41,943 bases of DNA from Candidatus Thorarchaeota archaeon SMTZ1-45 (GCA_001563335.1 LRSL01000075.1:1-41943); one strand, 5' to 3'. Shown: positions 1 to 10,031, counted from the stretch's first letter. The notes: generated by a model from the sequence alone, not told the origin. Numbers and translations are program-made.

Positions 1-1127
1 CGATTACAACCGAGAGCTTGGCGGGGGTTGACTTGTTTATTGCCACTTGTGCTAGTACAGCCTACACTGCGGATGAACTGACGGCAATTACCAATTGGGC
101 AAATAGTGGGAACAAAGCATTACTCCTCACAGGAAGGGGTGATCATGCCTCAAGTTCAACTAATACAGCATATCCTGATGCTCTCTTAGCGGCAATAAGC
201 TCTAACATCAGAAATAATGATGATAATGTCTACATGGAAGGAACATACAATGCGTGGACTAACGATTTGACTGTAATTCCAGCTCCAGAAGAAACTGTGA
301 ATCTTACAGCGTTTGTAAGCACAATGACTTTCTTCTCACCAAGCAGCCTTTACTTCCTAGATGATGGTCCAGTGCTTCCGATCATCTATGCGGATGTTAC
401 AGGATACCAGACTAATCAGGAACCACCTAGTCCTACAGTCATTTATGATAATGTCATGGATGGACAATGGGGTAATCAAATACCATTAGCTGCAGCAGAG
501 GAGATTGGAAGTACAAGATTGCTTGTTACAGGAACGACATTCTTTAGTGACTATGATTATGGAAAACCACAATTCGATAATATTCAATTATTGGAGAACT
601 TTTTGGATTGGTCAGTGGGTAATCGTTCTGAGTGGAGCATTTTAGATGTGGATGAAGTGGGACCAAGAATCGGAGATATCAGCTGGGACCCAGCATCTCC
701 TGATAATGGAGAAAAGGTGAATGTTTCAGCCACAGTTACAGATCCTAGTGGAGTAGTCAGAGTCTATCTGAAGTACAATAATGGAACACATGATGTATCA
801 TTGACGATGACTTCAGAGGGTGGCGGACTATACTCTGGTGAGATCTCTGATGTTTCAAGTGGTTCTTTGTCCTTTTATGTCGAAGCAGTTGATAATTCAG
901 ATAATGTAGCAATACGAGCATCATTCACAATCACATGGACTGCCCCAACTACAACAACTACAACTCCAACAGACACCACAACGACAGAGGCGCCTACAAC
1001 ATCTACAACTCCAACAGAAACTCCAACTGCAATCCCACCTCCAGATGACATGATACTCGTACTAGGCATCGGGGGAGCTATAATAGTCCTCATAGTCATT
1101 GTTGTAATAGTAAAAATGCGACGATGA
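1..1127 (+). CDS. 5'-partial membrane-anchored surface protein (GldG/GIFT-like domain, Ig-like domain, Thr/Pro linker, C-terminal TM)
   Basis: Frame is open back to the window edge. RLLVTG..FSD...DN..L..N..W pattern, Ig-like beta domain (VSATVTDPSGV...YVEAVD), TTTTTTPT linker, hydrophobic helix followed by KMRR. Confidence 0.7.
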   Translation, partial: ITTESLAGVDLFIATCASTAYTADELTAITNWANSGNKALLLTGRGDHASSSTNTAYPDALLAAISSNIRNNDDNVYMEGTYNAWTNDLTVIPAPEETVNLTAFVSTMTFFSPSSLYFLDDGPVLPIIYADVTGYQTNQEPPSPTVIYDNVMDGQWGNQIPLAAAEEIGSTRLLVTGTTFFSDYDYGKPQFDNIQLLENFLDWSVGNRSEWSILDVDEVGPRIGDISWDPASPDNGEKVNVSATVTDPSGVVRVYLKYNNGTHDVSLTMTSEGGGLYSGEISDVSSGSLSFYVEAVDNSDNVAIRASFTITWTAPTTTTTTPTDTTTTEAPTTSTTPTETPTAIPPPDDMILVLGIGGAIIVLIVIVVIVKMRR

Positions 1128-1143
1128 ATTTAGACTAAAATAT

Positions 1144-1180
1144 GTGGCCAGGAAGTAGCCTGGTCACTACTCTTCTTTTT
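1144..1180 (+). terminator. Hairpin plus T-tract terminator
   Basis: GTGGCCAGG/CCTGGTCAC stem followed by TCTTCTTTTT, just after the stop at 1127. Confidence 0.6.
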
Positions 1181-1240
1181 CATTACTCGTCGATTTAACT
1201 GGCAAAAAGCAGCAAACCATTCGATTTCCACACAGTCCTG

Positions 1241-1273
1241 TATAAAAATCGGATTCGCATATGTTCATATGCG
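1241..1273 (+). promoter_or_regulatory. TATA box followed by a perfect inverted repeat (operator candidate)
   Basis: TATAAAAA at 1241-1248; CGCATATG-TT-CATATGCG at 1256-1273. Confidence 0.45.
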
Positions 1274-1318
1274 TAGGGGAGATGTGTTTTGCATCAATCT
1301 AGAGAGAGGGTAAGCAAA

Positions 1319-1954
1319 ATGTCTTACGGGTTGGACGCCAACGACCTGGAAAGAGAGATAGAGATAGGTATAGTCAGTGCTTTTGGGTGGGCAGTCATAG
1401 AGTTTGAGGCTGTGCTATTTCAGAAGTTTATTGTAATGTCAGGTCCTAGATCACTGATAACTGAGGATATGTTCAGAAAGTACCTAATGAACATGGAAGC
1501 AAAGGGATATGTTACCCCAGTTAATTTTCAAGGGAAAAGAGCATGGAAACGTCAGGTCATTGAAGCAGATATTGAAGAACCAGCAATGACTCCAGAAGAA
1601 GTGAAAGAGTTCATAGTAAAAGCTCATGCAGCCATGAAAAAAGAAAAGAAACGAGAAGTGTCAAGTGAGCACCGTGTGCAGGAGTCTAAGAAACTAGCAG
1701 AGAGAATCGTTCGAACTCTTGAACAAGTAATGCCAAAAACAAAAAAAGCCCCCTGGGAACCATCACTCATTGACCATGTTGAGGGCCTGCATAGAGCACT
1801 TATCGAGTCGAAGGATGAGTATCTCCGTTACCTAAAGAAGAATATTCCACGTGCATACGAACCAATGAAAAAGGTGCTCAATTCTAGTGGAGAAGAGATG
1901 CTCCTTCTTAGTCTAAGAATGATTGAATCCGGTCAACGAGTTTATCCACCATAG
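1319..1954 (+). CDS. Hypothetical protein, possible N-terminal winged helix
   Basis: ATG at 1319 after a GAGGGT RBS. Helix-helix-'LMNMEAKGYV'-beta-hairpin pattern resembles wHTH. Confidence 0.55.
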   Translation: MSYGLDANDLEREIEIGIVSAFGWAVIEFEAVLFQKFIVMSGPRSLITEDMFRKYLMNMEAKGYVTPVNFQGKRAWKRQVIEADIEEPAMTPEEVKEFIVKAHAAMKKEKKREVSSEHRVQESKKLAERIVRTLEQVMPKTKKAPWEPSLIDHVEGLHRALIESKDEYLRYLKKNIPRAYEPMKKVLNSSGEEMLLLSLRMIESGQRVYPP

Positions 1955-1974
1955 TGGAAAACAATGGAAATGAG

Positions 1975-1995
1975 GTGATGGGGAAAACCCATCAC
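1975..1995. terminator. Hairpin between convergent genes
   Basis: GTGATGGG-GAAAA-CCCATCAC, perfect 8-bp stem. Confidence 0.5.
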
Positions 1996-2005
1996 AATAT
2001 AGAAT

Positions 2006-3367
2006 CTATTGACCGACAAGTTCAGTCTTGGGGAAAGCGATGGAGGGAACTATCTTCTTGTCATGCACCTCAAGATTGTTTGCTACTTGCAAGTCACCCT
2101 TAATGGAGTCGAAGAGATTTCCTACCCATAATGCATACTTAATCTGATCTCCAAGCTCACCATTTCGGATGATTCTGGCGTTACGAACCTCATTTGAGAA
2201 AGCTCCAGACATTGAATCAACCAATGGATATGCAAAGTGTTCGATGTAGACGCCTCGTTTGATTTCACTGATTAAATCCTCAACAGATTTGGAACTTGGT
2301 TTGATTTCCATTGTAGTTCCTGCGCACACTGCAGCTATAGAAAACCTTCCAGCGAGCTCTCGAGGAGTTCTTCGAATTCCATTGCCTGTTGGTTGCATAT
2401 CCACTTGATAGGCATTGTAGCTGTCAAAGAGATATGATTGAAGAACACCATGTTCCAAAATGGGTGTTTTTTGTGTTGGAACACCTTCATCGTCCACAAT
2501 GCTACTTAGGAGTCCTTTTTCTGAAAGCCCATTATCATAGATTGTCAGGTTCTCACTCGCTACCTTTTCACCCATTTTATCTGACCAAGGGCTAGATCGT
2601 TTGTTGACATTCTCTCCTGAAACAGCAAATGCAACTAATTGATACATTATCTCAGACCCTTCGCTTGGGGTGAGAATAGCTACTGCGTCATCCCACTTTT
2701 GCTTGAAAGGTTTAGCTTTCAGAACACTCAATGCTTGGGCTCTCAGTTTTTCTCCAATCTTACCAAAGTCGATAGCACCTATCTCTCGAGACCAACATCT
2801 TTGAACTCCTTCCCCAACATTTCTATTATCTTCAGACTTAGCTGTAAAGAATCCAAATATCAAAGTACCTTGAGACCCTGTGTTCACTCCAAGTGAATTA
2901 TTGATATGATAGTGAATTGAACTTGCGCGGAGAGATCCATTTGGAACTGTAACATTATTTGATGAGGCAGCTTTGACTACTTCCATAGCTTTGTCCATAA
3001 GCAACTCACTGTCAGCGAGTGCAGTTTCTTTATCATGGAACTTATCTAGGGAGCCTGATGCTTTCTTCGGATCTGGTAAAGACTCAAACTTCGGATCCGC
3101 GTTACTCGCTTTTGCCAAAGCTTTTGCCCGTTCCACAACATCAGTGGGAGTTTCTTGGGCAAGAGTGGAGCTTGTGAATCCAATTTGTTTTCCAATAATG
3201 CATTTCAAACCAATTCCTGCCTCAATCATAGAACCGCCAATCTTTGGAATACCATCATCAATGTAGATACTGGAAGTTTTTACTGTCACTGCATATACTT
3301 CCGCTTGAGTTGCGCCACTCTTTTCAGCTAATGACACAGTCTTTTCAGCGATGTCATCAATTTTCAT
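2006..3367 (-). CDS. pmbA: TldE/PmbA family protein
   Basis: DDEGVP, GVLQSYL, PTGNG and GAFS motifs; no HExxxH. ATG at 3367 directly after the tldD stop, with a GGAGGTG RBS. Confidence 0.85.
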   Translation of the reverse strand: MKIDDIAEKTVSLAEKSGATQAEVYAVTVKTSSIYIDDGIPKIGGSMIEAGIGLKCIIGKQIGFTSSTLAQETPTDVVERAKALAKASNADPKFESLPDPKKASGSLDKFHDKETALADSELLMDKAMEVVKAASSNNVTVPNGSLRASSIHYHINNSLGVNTGSQGTLIFGFFTAKSEDNRNVGEGVQRCWSREIGAIDFGKIGEKLRAQALSVLKAKPFKQKWDDAVAILTPSEGSEIMYQLVAFAVSGENVNKRSSPWSDKMGEKVASENLTIYDNGLSEKGLLSSIVDDEGVPTQKTPILEHGVLQSYLFDSYNAYQVDMQPTGNGIRRTPRELAGRFSIAAVCAGTTMEIKPSSKSVEDLISEIKRGVYIEHFAYPLVDSMSGAFSNEVRNARIIRNGELGDQIKYALWVGNLFDSIKGDLQVANNLEVHDKKIVPSIAFPKTELVGQ

Positions 3368-3368
3368 T

Positions 3369-4757
3369 TCAGCCACCTCCAACCACCATCTTGGCTCGCA
3401 TATGTGGGCCTCCGCTGGAAACGGAAAGGAAATCTTCCTCTCCTTTGCCACATGTGCCACCCCAAAATTCTAGTTCATCACCAACTGCATCAACAGTCTT
3501 TAAGATGTCAATAACTTTGCCCGCTAGACTCATACTGCGGACTAATTTAGTAGCTTCTCCATTCTTAATGATGTATCCTTTTAGTGCTGAACATTGAACA
3601 CCGCCACCCACAACATCCTCCATACCTGACATAGCCTTGATAACATAGAGGCCCTCTTTCGTGTCCGCGATTATTTCATCGTCTTTCCAGTGGCCTTTGT
3701 CGAAGAAGGTGTTTGTCATTCTAGCAAATATTCGCCTGTTGTAATCTTGAGCACGTCCATTTCCAGTGGGATTCACGCCCATCAATATTGCAGTTTCAAG
3801 AGTGTGCAAATAACCCTTGAAGACTCCATTCTCAATAATCATTGTTCGTGATGCAGGTGTACCTTCAGAATCAAATGGGAAACTCCCACTAACATCCTTT
3901 AATGTACCGTCATCCACCATTGTAACATGCTCTGTTCCAAGTTGTTTTCCAACCTGTCCGGTCAAGAAAGACCTTCCTTTAACGACCTCGTCAGCTTCAC
4001 TAGCATGCCCACAAACTTCGTGAGCAATCAGTCCTGATATTGCCCCATCAACTACAACAGTCATATTACCTGATGGTGGCTTTTCAGCTGAAAGAAGTTC
4101 GATAGCACCTTTCGAACATTCTGCACCAAATAGGTCTGGATCAATCTGCTGGATTAGCTCATAACCAACTCGACCACCTTTCACGTCATAATCAAAGTGC
4201 ATCTTATCACCCTGTCGGGCAATTGGTTGCACAACTGCTAATGTCCGAAGCTCATCCCACTCAAGACGAGACCCAGCAGTGTTAACAAGTCGATATACTC
4301 TCTTTGCATCGTTGTAGACTGAGTTGGTATTAACAATACGGTCATCAGTCTTTTGTCCCTTATCAAGAGCCATAACAAAATCTAATTTCTCTTCTGTTGA
4401 TACTTGCGCCGGATTTATTTTACTCTCTTGCCAAATAGTCTTCTCAATTGGTTTGATTTCAGAAAAATCTAGTTTCTTTCGAGAGAATTTAGCATTTGCC
4501 TTTGCACTCTTCACAGCATCTGTGAGTAGATTACGACAGATTTCAGCAGATAGTGTTTCAGATGTTGAAGCCATTCCCCAACATTCACCAACTAATGCCC
4601 GGACTACAGTACCTCCTTTTGTTGCTCTACTGAATCTCCGAAGATCTCCATTGACCACCATTATCTGGGTGGATGCATGGAATTCCTGACGAATATCAGC
4701 AAAAGTAACGTCTTTTTCAGATAGATCATCTATGACCTTGGCCATCATATCTAGCAT
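3369..4757 (-). CDS. tldD: TldD family metalloprotease
   Basis: HEVCGH metal motif, FDSEG, TGNGRA, RMTNT, CGKG, GGPH. Confidence 0.92.
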   Translation of the reverse strand: MLDMMAKVIDDLSEKDVTFADIRQEFHASTQIMVVNGDLRRFSRATKGGTVVRALVGECWGMASTSETLSAEICRNLLTDAVKSAKANAKFSRKKLDFSEIKPIEKTIWQESKINPAQVSTEEKLDFVMALDKGQKTDDRIVNTNSVYNDAKRVYRLVNTAGSRLEWDELRTLAVVQPIARQGDKMHFDYDVKGGRVGYELIQQIDPDLFGAECSKGAIELLSAEKPPSGNMTVVVDGAISGLIAHEVCGHASEADEVVKGRSFLTGQVGKQLGTEHVTMVDDGTLKDVSGSFPFDSEGTPASRTMIIENGVFKGYLHTLETAILMGVNPTGNGRAQDYNRRIFARMTNTFFDKGHWKDDEIIADTKEGLYVIKAMSGMEDVVGGGVQCSALKGYIIKNGEATKLVRSMSLAGKVIDILKTVDAVGDELEFWGGTCGKGEEDFLSVSSGGPHMRAKMVVGGG

Positions 4758-4841
4758 TGAGCTTCACTAGCGTTTGCGATTTTTGTTAAAGAGATAAGTC
4801 TTTGGAGGTCAGCAAGCTGACTGCTAGAAGGATATGATATG

Positions 4842-5774
4842 TTAGAAGTAAAGCTTTCCCTTCATAACTGTGATTCCAGTTCCACTCACTTTGACTTGAT
4901 CAATTCCTTCCTGATTACCACGGACTTCAACGAAGATTTTCCCTGGTCTCTCCACATAATGACCTTGCTCAATAACAATACTTGTCACAGGATAGGTTGC
5001 TTCCATCAGACCATACTTGATGATGTAGCTTCCAAGACTGCCAGCTGCTGAACCGGATACTGGATCTTCATATACACCTAACGCAGGAGCAAAATGTCTT
5101 ACTTGCGCATCAGATGTAGGTTCGCGTGTGTCCCTTGTGAAAACACTCAGTGAAACGTAATCTGAACCTGATTGCAACTCTTTCAGTCGCGCCCAATTTG
5201 GTTTGATCCTATCTAGTGACCTACTCGTAGAAACAGGAATCATTAGATGTGGAGTTCCAGTACTAACAGTCTGGAGAGGATTTGGAGAATGGATATCAGC
5301 CAATGAAAGTCCCAATGCGTCAACATAGTCCTTAGGATCATAGGTATCCATGAATTGTGGTTTCTTGTGCGTAATCTGAATCTCATGTTGTCTGGTTGAT
5401 TCATTCCTCACAATTTCAACATCCAGAATACCTGTGCTGATTTCCAGACGGACCATTGTCACATCACTGACCAAATCAATACTACCTTCTTCGACTAGCG
5501 CATGAAATGCAGCTATAGTTGGATGTCCAGAGAAGCCTATCTCACTTTTTGGCGTCATATACCGAAAGCGAAAATCCGCCCCTTGAGATTTAGAAACAAA
5601 TACTGTTTCTCTCACGTTCATCTCACGTGCAATCTTATGCATATTTCTTTCACTCACATGATCAGCATTTAACACCACAGCTGCTGGATTTCCTCCAAAT
5701 GGTTTATCGGTGAATGTATCAACCTGGATTACATCAAGAGCATGTTTTTTGAACATGGACATCAACTTGTGCAT
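4842..5774 (-). CDS. PhzF family isomerase
   Basis: DTFTDKPFGGNPAAVV, ETVF, GHPT, EDPVSGSA. Confidence 0.9.
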   Translation of the reverse strand: MHKLMSMFKKHALDVIQVDTFTDKPFGGNPAAVVLNADHVSERNMHKIAREMNVRETVFVSKSQGADFRFRYMTPKSEIGFSGHPTIAAFHALVEEGSIDLVSDVTMVRLEISTGILDVEIVRNESTRQHEIQITHKKPQFMDTYDPKDYVDALGLSLADIHSPNPLQTVSTGTPHLMIPVSTSRSLDRIKPNWARLKELQSGSDYVSLSVFTRDTREPTSDAQVRHFAPALGVYEDPVSGSAAGSLGSYIIKYGLMEATYPVTSIVIEQGHYVERPGKIFVEVRGNQEGIDQVKVSGTGITVMKGKLYF

Positions 5775-5824
5775 AATTCGTTCAGTGACTAATTAAGAAT
5801 TCCATGGGTACTGCGAGATTCCAA

Positions 5825-6098
5825 TCAAGATTTTTTTCGCTCCATGTGACGAGAGAAGTTCTCTTTGTGTGCTGAATGATCAAACACATGGTCAGCTGGA
5901 ATAATCTTAGCTGGTCCAAATCTCACCTTGGTAGGCTCAAAATCACAATCTAGAAGTGTTGCAACCCACATATCCCGACCTGGTTTCAAAGCAGCTCCAT
6001 TAGTGTAGTTCGACCTGTGCCTACCTATATGATGACTATAGACATAGAAAGTTAGCGACAGGAATATTCCAAACCCGGTCAAATAGAGAATCAACATG
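5825..6098 (-). CDS. Small protein with N-terminal TM helix
   Basis: Hydrophobic first ~22 aa. AAACCTTAAAA TATA-like element at about 6125-6135. Start codon uncertain (about 6098-6109). Confidence 0.45.
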
Positions 6099-6222
6099 TT
6101 TGTTAACAATTGTGAATTTATTTGTTTTAAGGTTTCTGTTAGTGTGTTTGAAATTTTGATTCTTTGTCGTTAATGATTAATAACGGAGGACACCCATAAC
6201 TGAACTAAAGGTAGTTATCATT

Positions 6223-6858
6223 ATGTCACTCGTTGCTGCTCGTGATCACGTACGAAATAATCTATTGGAATTCACAAGGACCGCATTCAGTATGATTCCA
6301 CCAATTGATAATCCATGTATTCTTGACATAGGTTGTGGGACAGGAGTTCAAACGATTGAGCTTGCTAAGATTAGCAATGGAAAAGTTACGGCCATAGATA
6401 TCGATGCAAAAGCTCTTGATATTCTACGACATAAAGCCAAAGATGCCGGTGTGTCTGACAGGATTTCAATAATGGAATTATCAATGTTGAAACTCAATAA
6501 TCTTAACGAGATCTATGACATAATTTGGGCGGAAGGCTCTATCTTCATTGTTGGTTTCGAGAATGGTCTAAGAGATTGGAAACGATTACTAACTAGAGAT
6601 GGTTTTCTTGTTGTCCATGATGAGGACACTGACGTAGATACGAAGCTGCAATTAATTGAGAAACATGGGTATCAAGAAATAGGTCTGATTGAGATTTCTC
6701 ATGATGAATGGTGGAAAAAATACTATGCACCTCTTGGAAATCTCTTAGGTAAGATGGGAATTAACGGTGATAATGAAAAATCTCTGAAAGACGAAATTAA
6801 TATGTTCAGGAAAACCCGTATGGGTTCTATCTTTTTTATACTACAATCCAAATCTTAA
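6223..6858 (+). CDS. Class I SAM-dependent methyltransferase
   Basis: ILDIGCGTG motif I, AIDI, YDIIWAEGS. Confidence 0.9.
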   Translation: MSLVAARDHVRNNLLEFTRTAFSMIPPIDNPCILDIGCGTGVQTIELAKISNGKVTAIDIDAKALDILRHKAKDAGVSDRISIMELSMLKLNNLNEIYDIIWAEGSIFIVGFENGLRDWKRLLTRDGFLVVHDEDTDVDTKLQLIEKHGYQEIGLIEISHDEWWKKYYAPLGNLLGKMGINGDNEKSLKDEINMFRKTRMGSIFFILQSKS

Positions 6859-6875
6859 CCAAATGAAGAGAGGGT

Positions 6876-6957
6876 GGCGAGCATATGGGAATCGTGGTAG
6901 GAGGGGGGAGTTTCGTAATTGAGGGCATGTAACGAAAAACTAGCCCACACGCTCGCC
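6876..6957 (-). ncRNA. Candidate ~82-nt small RNA closed by a 14-bp terminal stem
   Basis: GGCGAGCGUGUGGG/CCCAUAUGCUCGCC pairs fully (2 G-U) only on the minus strand. ATAAATA about 20-26 nt upstream. Confidence 0.5.
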
Positions 6958-7203
6958 TTTGCTTTTACTTTAAGAGTATTTATGCCCGGCTAGTCCTACT
7001 TAGAGTGATATTAATTCTATATTGAACTTATTAAAGTTTGTTTTGGTACTGAGATAATTCACAAAATTAGAGCGCGCCAAACTAGATTAAAATGCATTTA
7101 TTTCACAGAGATTTCTTCATTATTTCTCGATTTCGATTTGAAAGCTTTTTTATTAAAGTCAAAGAATTCATGACGATAAAATATTAGAATAGAAAAAGAT
7201 GTG

Positions 7204-7239
7204 AAGGTGTGTGCCTTTCAAGAGAGGCACAATCACCTT
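7204..7239 (-). terminator. Hairpin terminator downstream of tes
   Basis: AAGGTG-TGTGCCT/AGGCACA-CACCTT, followed by CUUUUUCU on the minus strand. Confidence 0.55.
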
Positions 7240-7250
7240 TTGCTTCGAAT

Positions 7251-8903
7251 CTACGCTTCACTGTTATAGGGTTTTGAGATACTATCTTCTTCAACTTGGT
7301 TTGGTTTGTGACCCGCACGCCATTCCTCAATTGTCTTGGAAAACTTCTTCTCAACCCTAGAACGGTGAATTGTATTCATTGTGCAGAACGGTATAATTCT
7401 TCCATCTGGAACAGAATAATTGATGTCACAATGCTGAACACGTTCAAGGTCGAAATTGTAAGGATCTTGGAAATGCATCATGCCGACCATGATAATACGT
7501 CTCATCAGCTTTGCCAAGGATTCATAGTCACCACGATTTAGAAATGCGCTTAGAAGGTCCTTAATGAGACCTTTCTTCTTGATGTGACGAGCACCTGCTG
7601 CAAGTTTTGCTTTGGCTCGTGTACTTGCGCCTCTTGCTCCATCAGCATAGAGATTGGCGATTTCTTCAAGAAGTACAAGGAATTTATCAACATCAATCAA
7701 GTCTGTAATTGGTTTATAGTCACCATCATCATCAATGTAGATGAAAGTAGCCATTCCACATGCGAAGTGCGAACTCAGTTCGAGATCAGGACCTCCTTTG
7801 ATTAAGCCAAGTGCACGACCAACAGGCATCATAGAAGGCACTGGATACCATTCAGTGTGTGGAATCTTACCACCAGTTTGTTTTTCAATAAGATGAATTG
7901 CATCGGGAATTGTAATTCGCATCTCGTGGCGAGCCGCATGATCAATTCGTCCAGTGATACTCACAGGTTGGAAGTTAACGCATCTAATTACGTCACGGTT
8001 TTCCACAGCAAATTCAATTATACCACCCAGCTGATCTTCATTGACGCCACGAACAACAGTAGGCACTAAAACAAGAGATTCCATACCAACCTCACGCGCG
8101 TTTTGAACAGCTTGTTTCTTGAGAGGAAGCAGATTAGTTCCACGAGCAGCAAGATAAGGTTCTGGAGTAATGCCATCAAACTGCATGTAAATGGTCGATA
8201 GACCAGCATCACGGAGTTCCTGTAGGTATTCCTTGCTTTTTCCAATCCTTATTACATTGCTAGCAATCTGGACATGTCTAAAACCAAGCTGCTTTGCCCA
8301 TTTGATGTACTGTGGCAAGTGCTTGCTAACAGTTGGCTCGCCTCCTGCAAATTGAATTGCTGGAGCGGGAACTGGCAGATTAGTTCGAAGATTCTTCATC
8401 ATATCAAAGACTTCTTGTGGTTCTGGTTCATAGACTGTGCCACCCTCAGCAGCAACTGCAAAACATATTGGACATCGAAGATTACATCTATTAGTCACAT
8501 CTAAAAGAGCCAACGCAGTGTGTGATTTATGCTCAGGACATTGACCGCAGTCTTCTGGACAACCCTTCACGGTTTCTGTTCGAGGATTATCAAGCCCAAT
8601 TGATTTATACCACCATTTCTGGGCCTTCTTGAACATCTCAGCATCGCCCCAATATACATCAATAAACTCTCCATGCTCCTCGCAGGTCTTCTTGTACATA
8701 ACCTTACCATCTTCTTCATACAAGGTAGCCTCAATAACATGGACATTGTCATCAGTCAGGAAACATTCGGGGCATATAGATTCGGTCTTGTATGGAAGTT
8801 CCTTGACTGGGTATCTCTCAACATGATACCGAGAGATTGGTCCGCCATCTTCATGCTTGATGGGAACTTCAGGGATTCGTTTAATATCATCATCAGTAGC
8901 CAT
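7251..8903 (-). CDS. tes: Tetraether lipid synthase (GDGT-MAS, radical SAM)
   Basis: N-terminal SICPEC...CEEHG, CPEDCGQCPEH, radical-SAM CNLRCPIC, NFQPVS, C-terminal C.I.Y..PDGRIIPFCTMN. Confidence 0.9.
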   Translation of the reverse strand: MATDDDIKRIPEVPIKHEDGGPISRYHVERYPVKELPYKTESICPECFLTDDNVHVIEATLYEEDGKVMYKKTCEEHGEFIDVYWGDAEMFKKAQKWWYKSIGLDNPRTETVKGCPEDCGQCPEHKSHTALALLDVTNRCNLRCPICFAVAAEGGTVYEPEPQEVFDMMKNLRTNLPVPAPAIQFAGGEPTVSKHLPQYIKWAKQLGFRHVQIASNVIRIGKSKEYLQELRDAGLSTIYMQFDGITPEPYLAARGTNLLPLKKQAVQNAREVGMESLVLVPTVVRGVNEDQLGGIIEFAVENRDVIRCVNFQPVSITGRIDHAARHEMRITIPDAIHLIEKQTGGKIPHTEWYPVPSMMPVGRALGLIKGGPDLELSSHFACGMATFIYIDDDGDYKPITDLIDVDKFLVLLEEIANLYADGARGASTRAKAKLAAGARHIKKKGLIKDLLSAFLNRGDYESLAKLMRRIIMVGMMHFQDPYNFDLERVQHCDINYSVPDGRIIPFCTMNTIHRSRVEKKFSKTIEEWRAGHKPNQVEEDSISKPYNSEA

Positions 8904-9022
8904 AATAATTCACTCCATGACCACATGGAACCACCACTGAACAGGGTGGCATTCACACAGAGGGTTGGAAAAAATCAGAATATAAGTTTAATCCGATGTT
9001 TCCGAATATGTAGAGTGTGCTG

Positions 9023-9343
9023 TTACTCCTCGTCATCGTCGGTTAGAACATACCCCTCAGTAAATCCTCCACGTGCAAGAAGCTTAGTGTGACGCTGGAG
9101 TTCTAGGAAAGCAGGATCAGCTTTTCGTAGCTTGAGAAGGGTATCGATAGCCTCCTGAATGTCAACAAGTTCTTCAGTATCACCAGAAAAAAGGAACTCC
9201 TTTGCTTCTTCAACTATTTTTTCCCGTAGAAGCACATCAAGCTCATCAGGACCAGCTATTCGAACCTTCGGATTTCCACCATTTTCACGGATTAATTCCG
9301 GCACTTTGTCCCGTACTAGTTTTTCTTTCAAGACGACCACCAA
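9023..9343 (-). CDS. MazG-like nucleoside triphosphate pyrophosphohydrolase (COG4997-type)
   Basis: KLVRDKVPE, KIVEEAKE, EELVDI, RGGF. Confidence 0.85.
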   Translation of the reverse strand: MVVVLKEKLVRDKVPELIRENGGNPKVRIAGPDELDVLLREKIVEEAKEFLFSGDTEELVDIQEAIDTLLKLRKADPAFLELQRHTKLLARGGFTEGYVLTDDDEE

Positions 9344-9347
9344 TTTC

Positions 9348-10031
9348 CTATTTCAAAGCAAGAGCAACTTCAACCTGATATTTCGCTGTTTCAAGTAATG
9401 ACTCAGCAGCAGCGGTGATTGCTCCAGGAAGAACTGTTGTCCATGGAGCTTCAGCATCTCGAGATGTGGATTCAGTCATAGCTGAGAAAGGTAGAAACTT
9501 AACTTCATACGAATCATCAAAGGAGATGGTTCCCTGCCATTGACCCTCACCGTCAACAATTTCATAGGTTGGAAGGAATTTCTTCATTTCCTCAGGAACA
9601 ATGGCATTCCAGAAAATTGACATTCCATTGAATTGCCTAGGATTTCCAATTGCTAGGGTGTAAGTATCCATGGTTGCTGTTGCAGTGACGAGTTTGTATA
9701 GAATCCCAATATGACAGTTCAGACACTGATTGAACTCGAGTCCATCTCCTGAAGAATCTACATATGCAATTCCATTTTTCTCAATATTATCATCATTACA
9801 GTGAACGCAAAGGTTCATACCCCATCTTACTTCAAGATGTTCACTGAATGGACCTTCAATGAATCGGTCTGCAGCTTCTTCAAAGGCAGATCTTGCAGCC
9901 TCTATTCCATCTTGGTCAATCTTTGTTCGAATAGCCTGCCAAACCTCAAGAGGGTTTTGCCAAAGCACATTGAAAATCATATCTGCGAGTTTATCAAGAG
10001 ACCTTTCTTCTAGTGCACTCATCGCAAACAC
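9348..10031 (-). CDS. Hypothetical protein with CxxC...CxxC zinc site
   Basis: 227-aa ORF with CVHC and CLNC; ends 4 nt before the MazG-like gene. Confidence 0.6.
   Translation of the reverse strand: MFAMSALEERSLDKLADMIFNVLWQNPLEVWQAIRTKIDQDGIEAARSAFEEAADRFIEGPFSEHLEVRWGMNLCVHCNDDNIEKNGIAYVDSSGDGLEFNQCLNCHIGILYKLVTATATMDTYTLAIGNPRQFNGMSIFWNAIVPEEMKKFLPTYEIVDGEGQWQGTISFDDSYEVKFLPFSAMTESTSRDAEAPWTTVLPGAITAAAESLLETAKYQVEVALALK

Noticed and set aside
944-1040. ACA/ACT-rich repeats
   Set aside because: They encode an ordinary Thr/Pro linker, not a DNA repeat array.
4842-5774. PhzF SGHP instead of CGHA
   Set aside because: This position varies naturally in the family (AGHP is also known).
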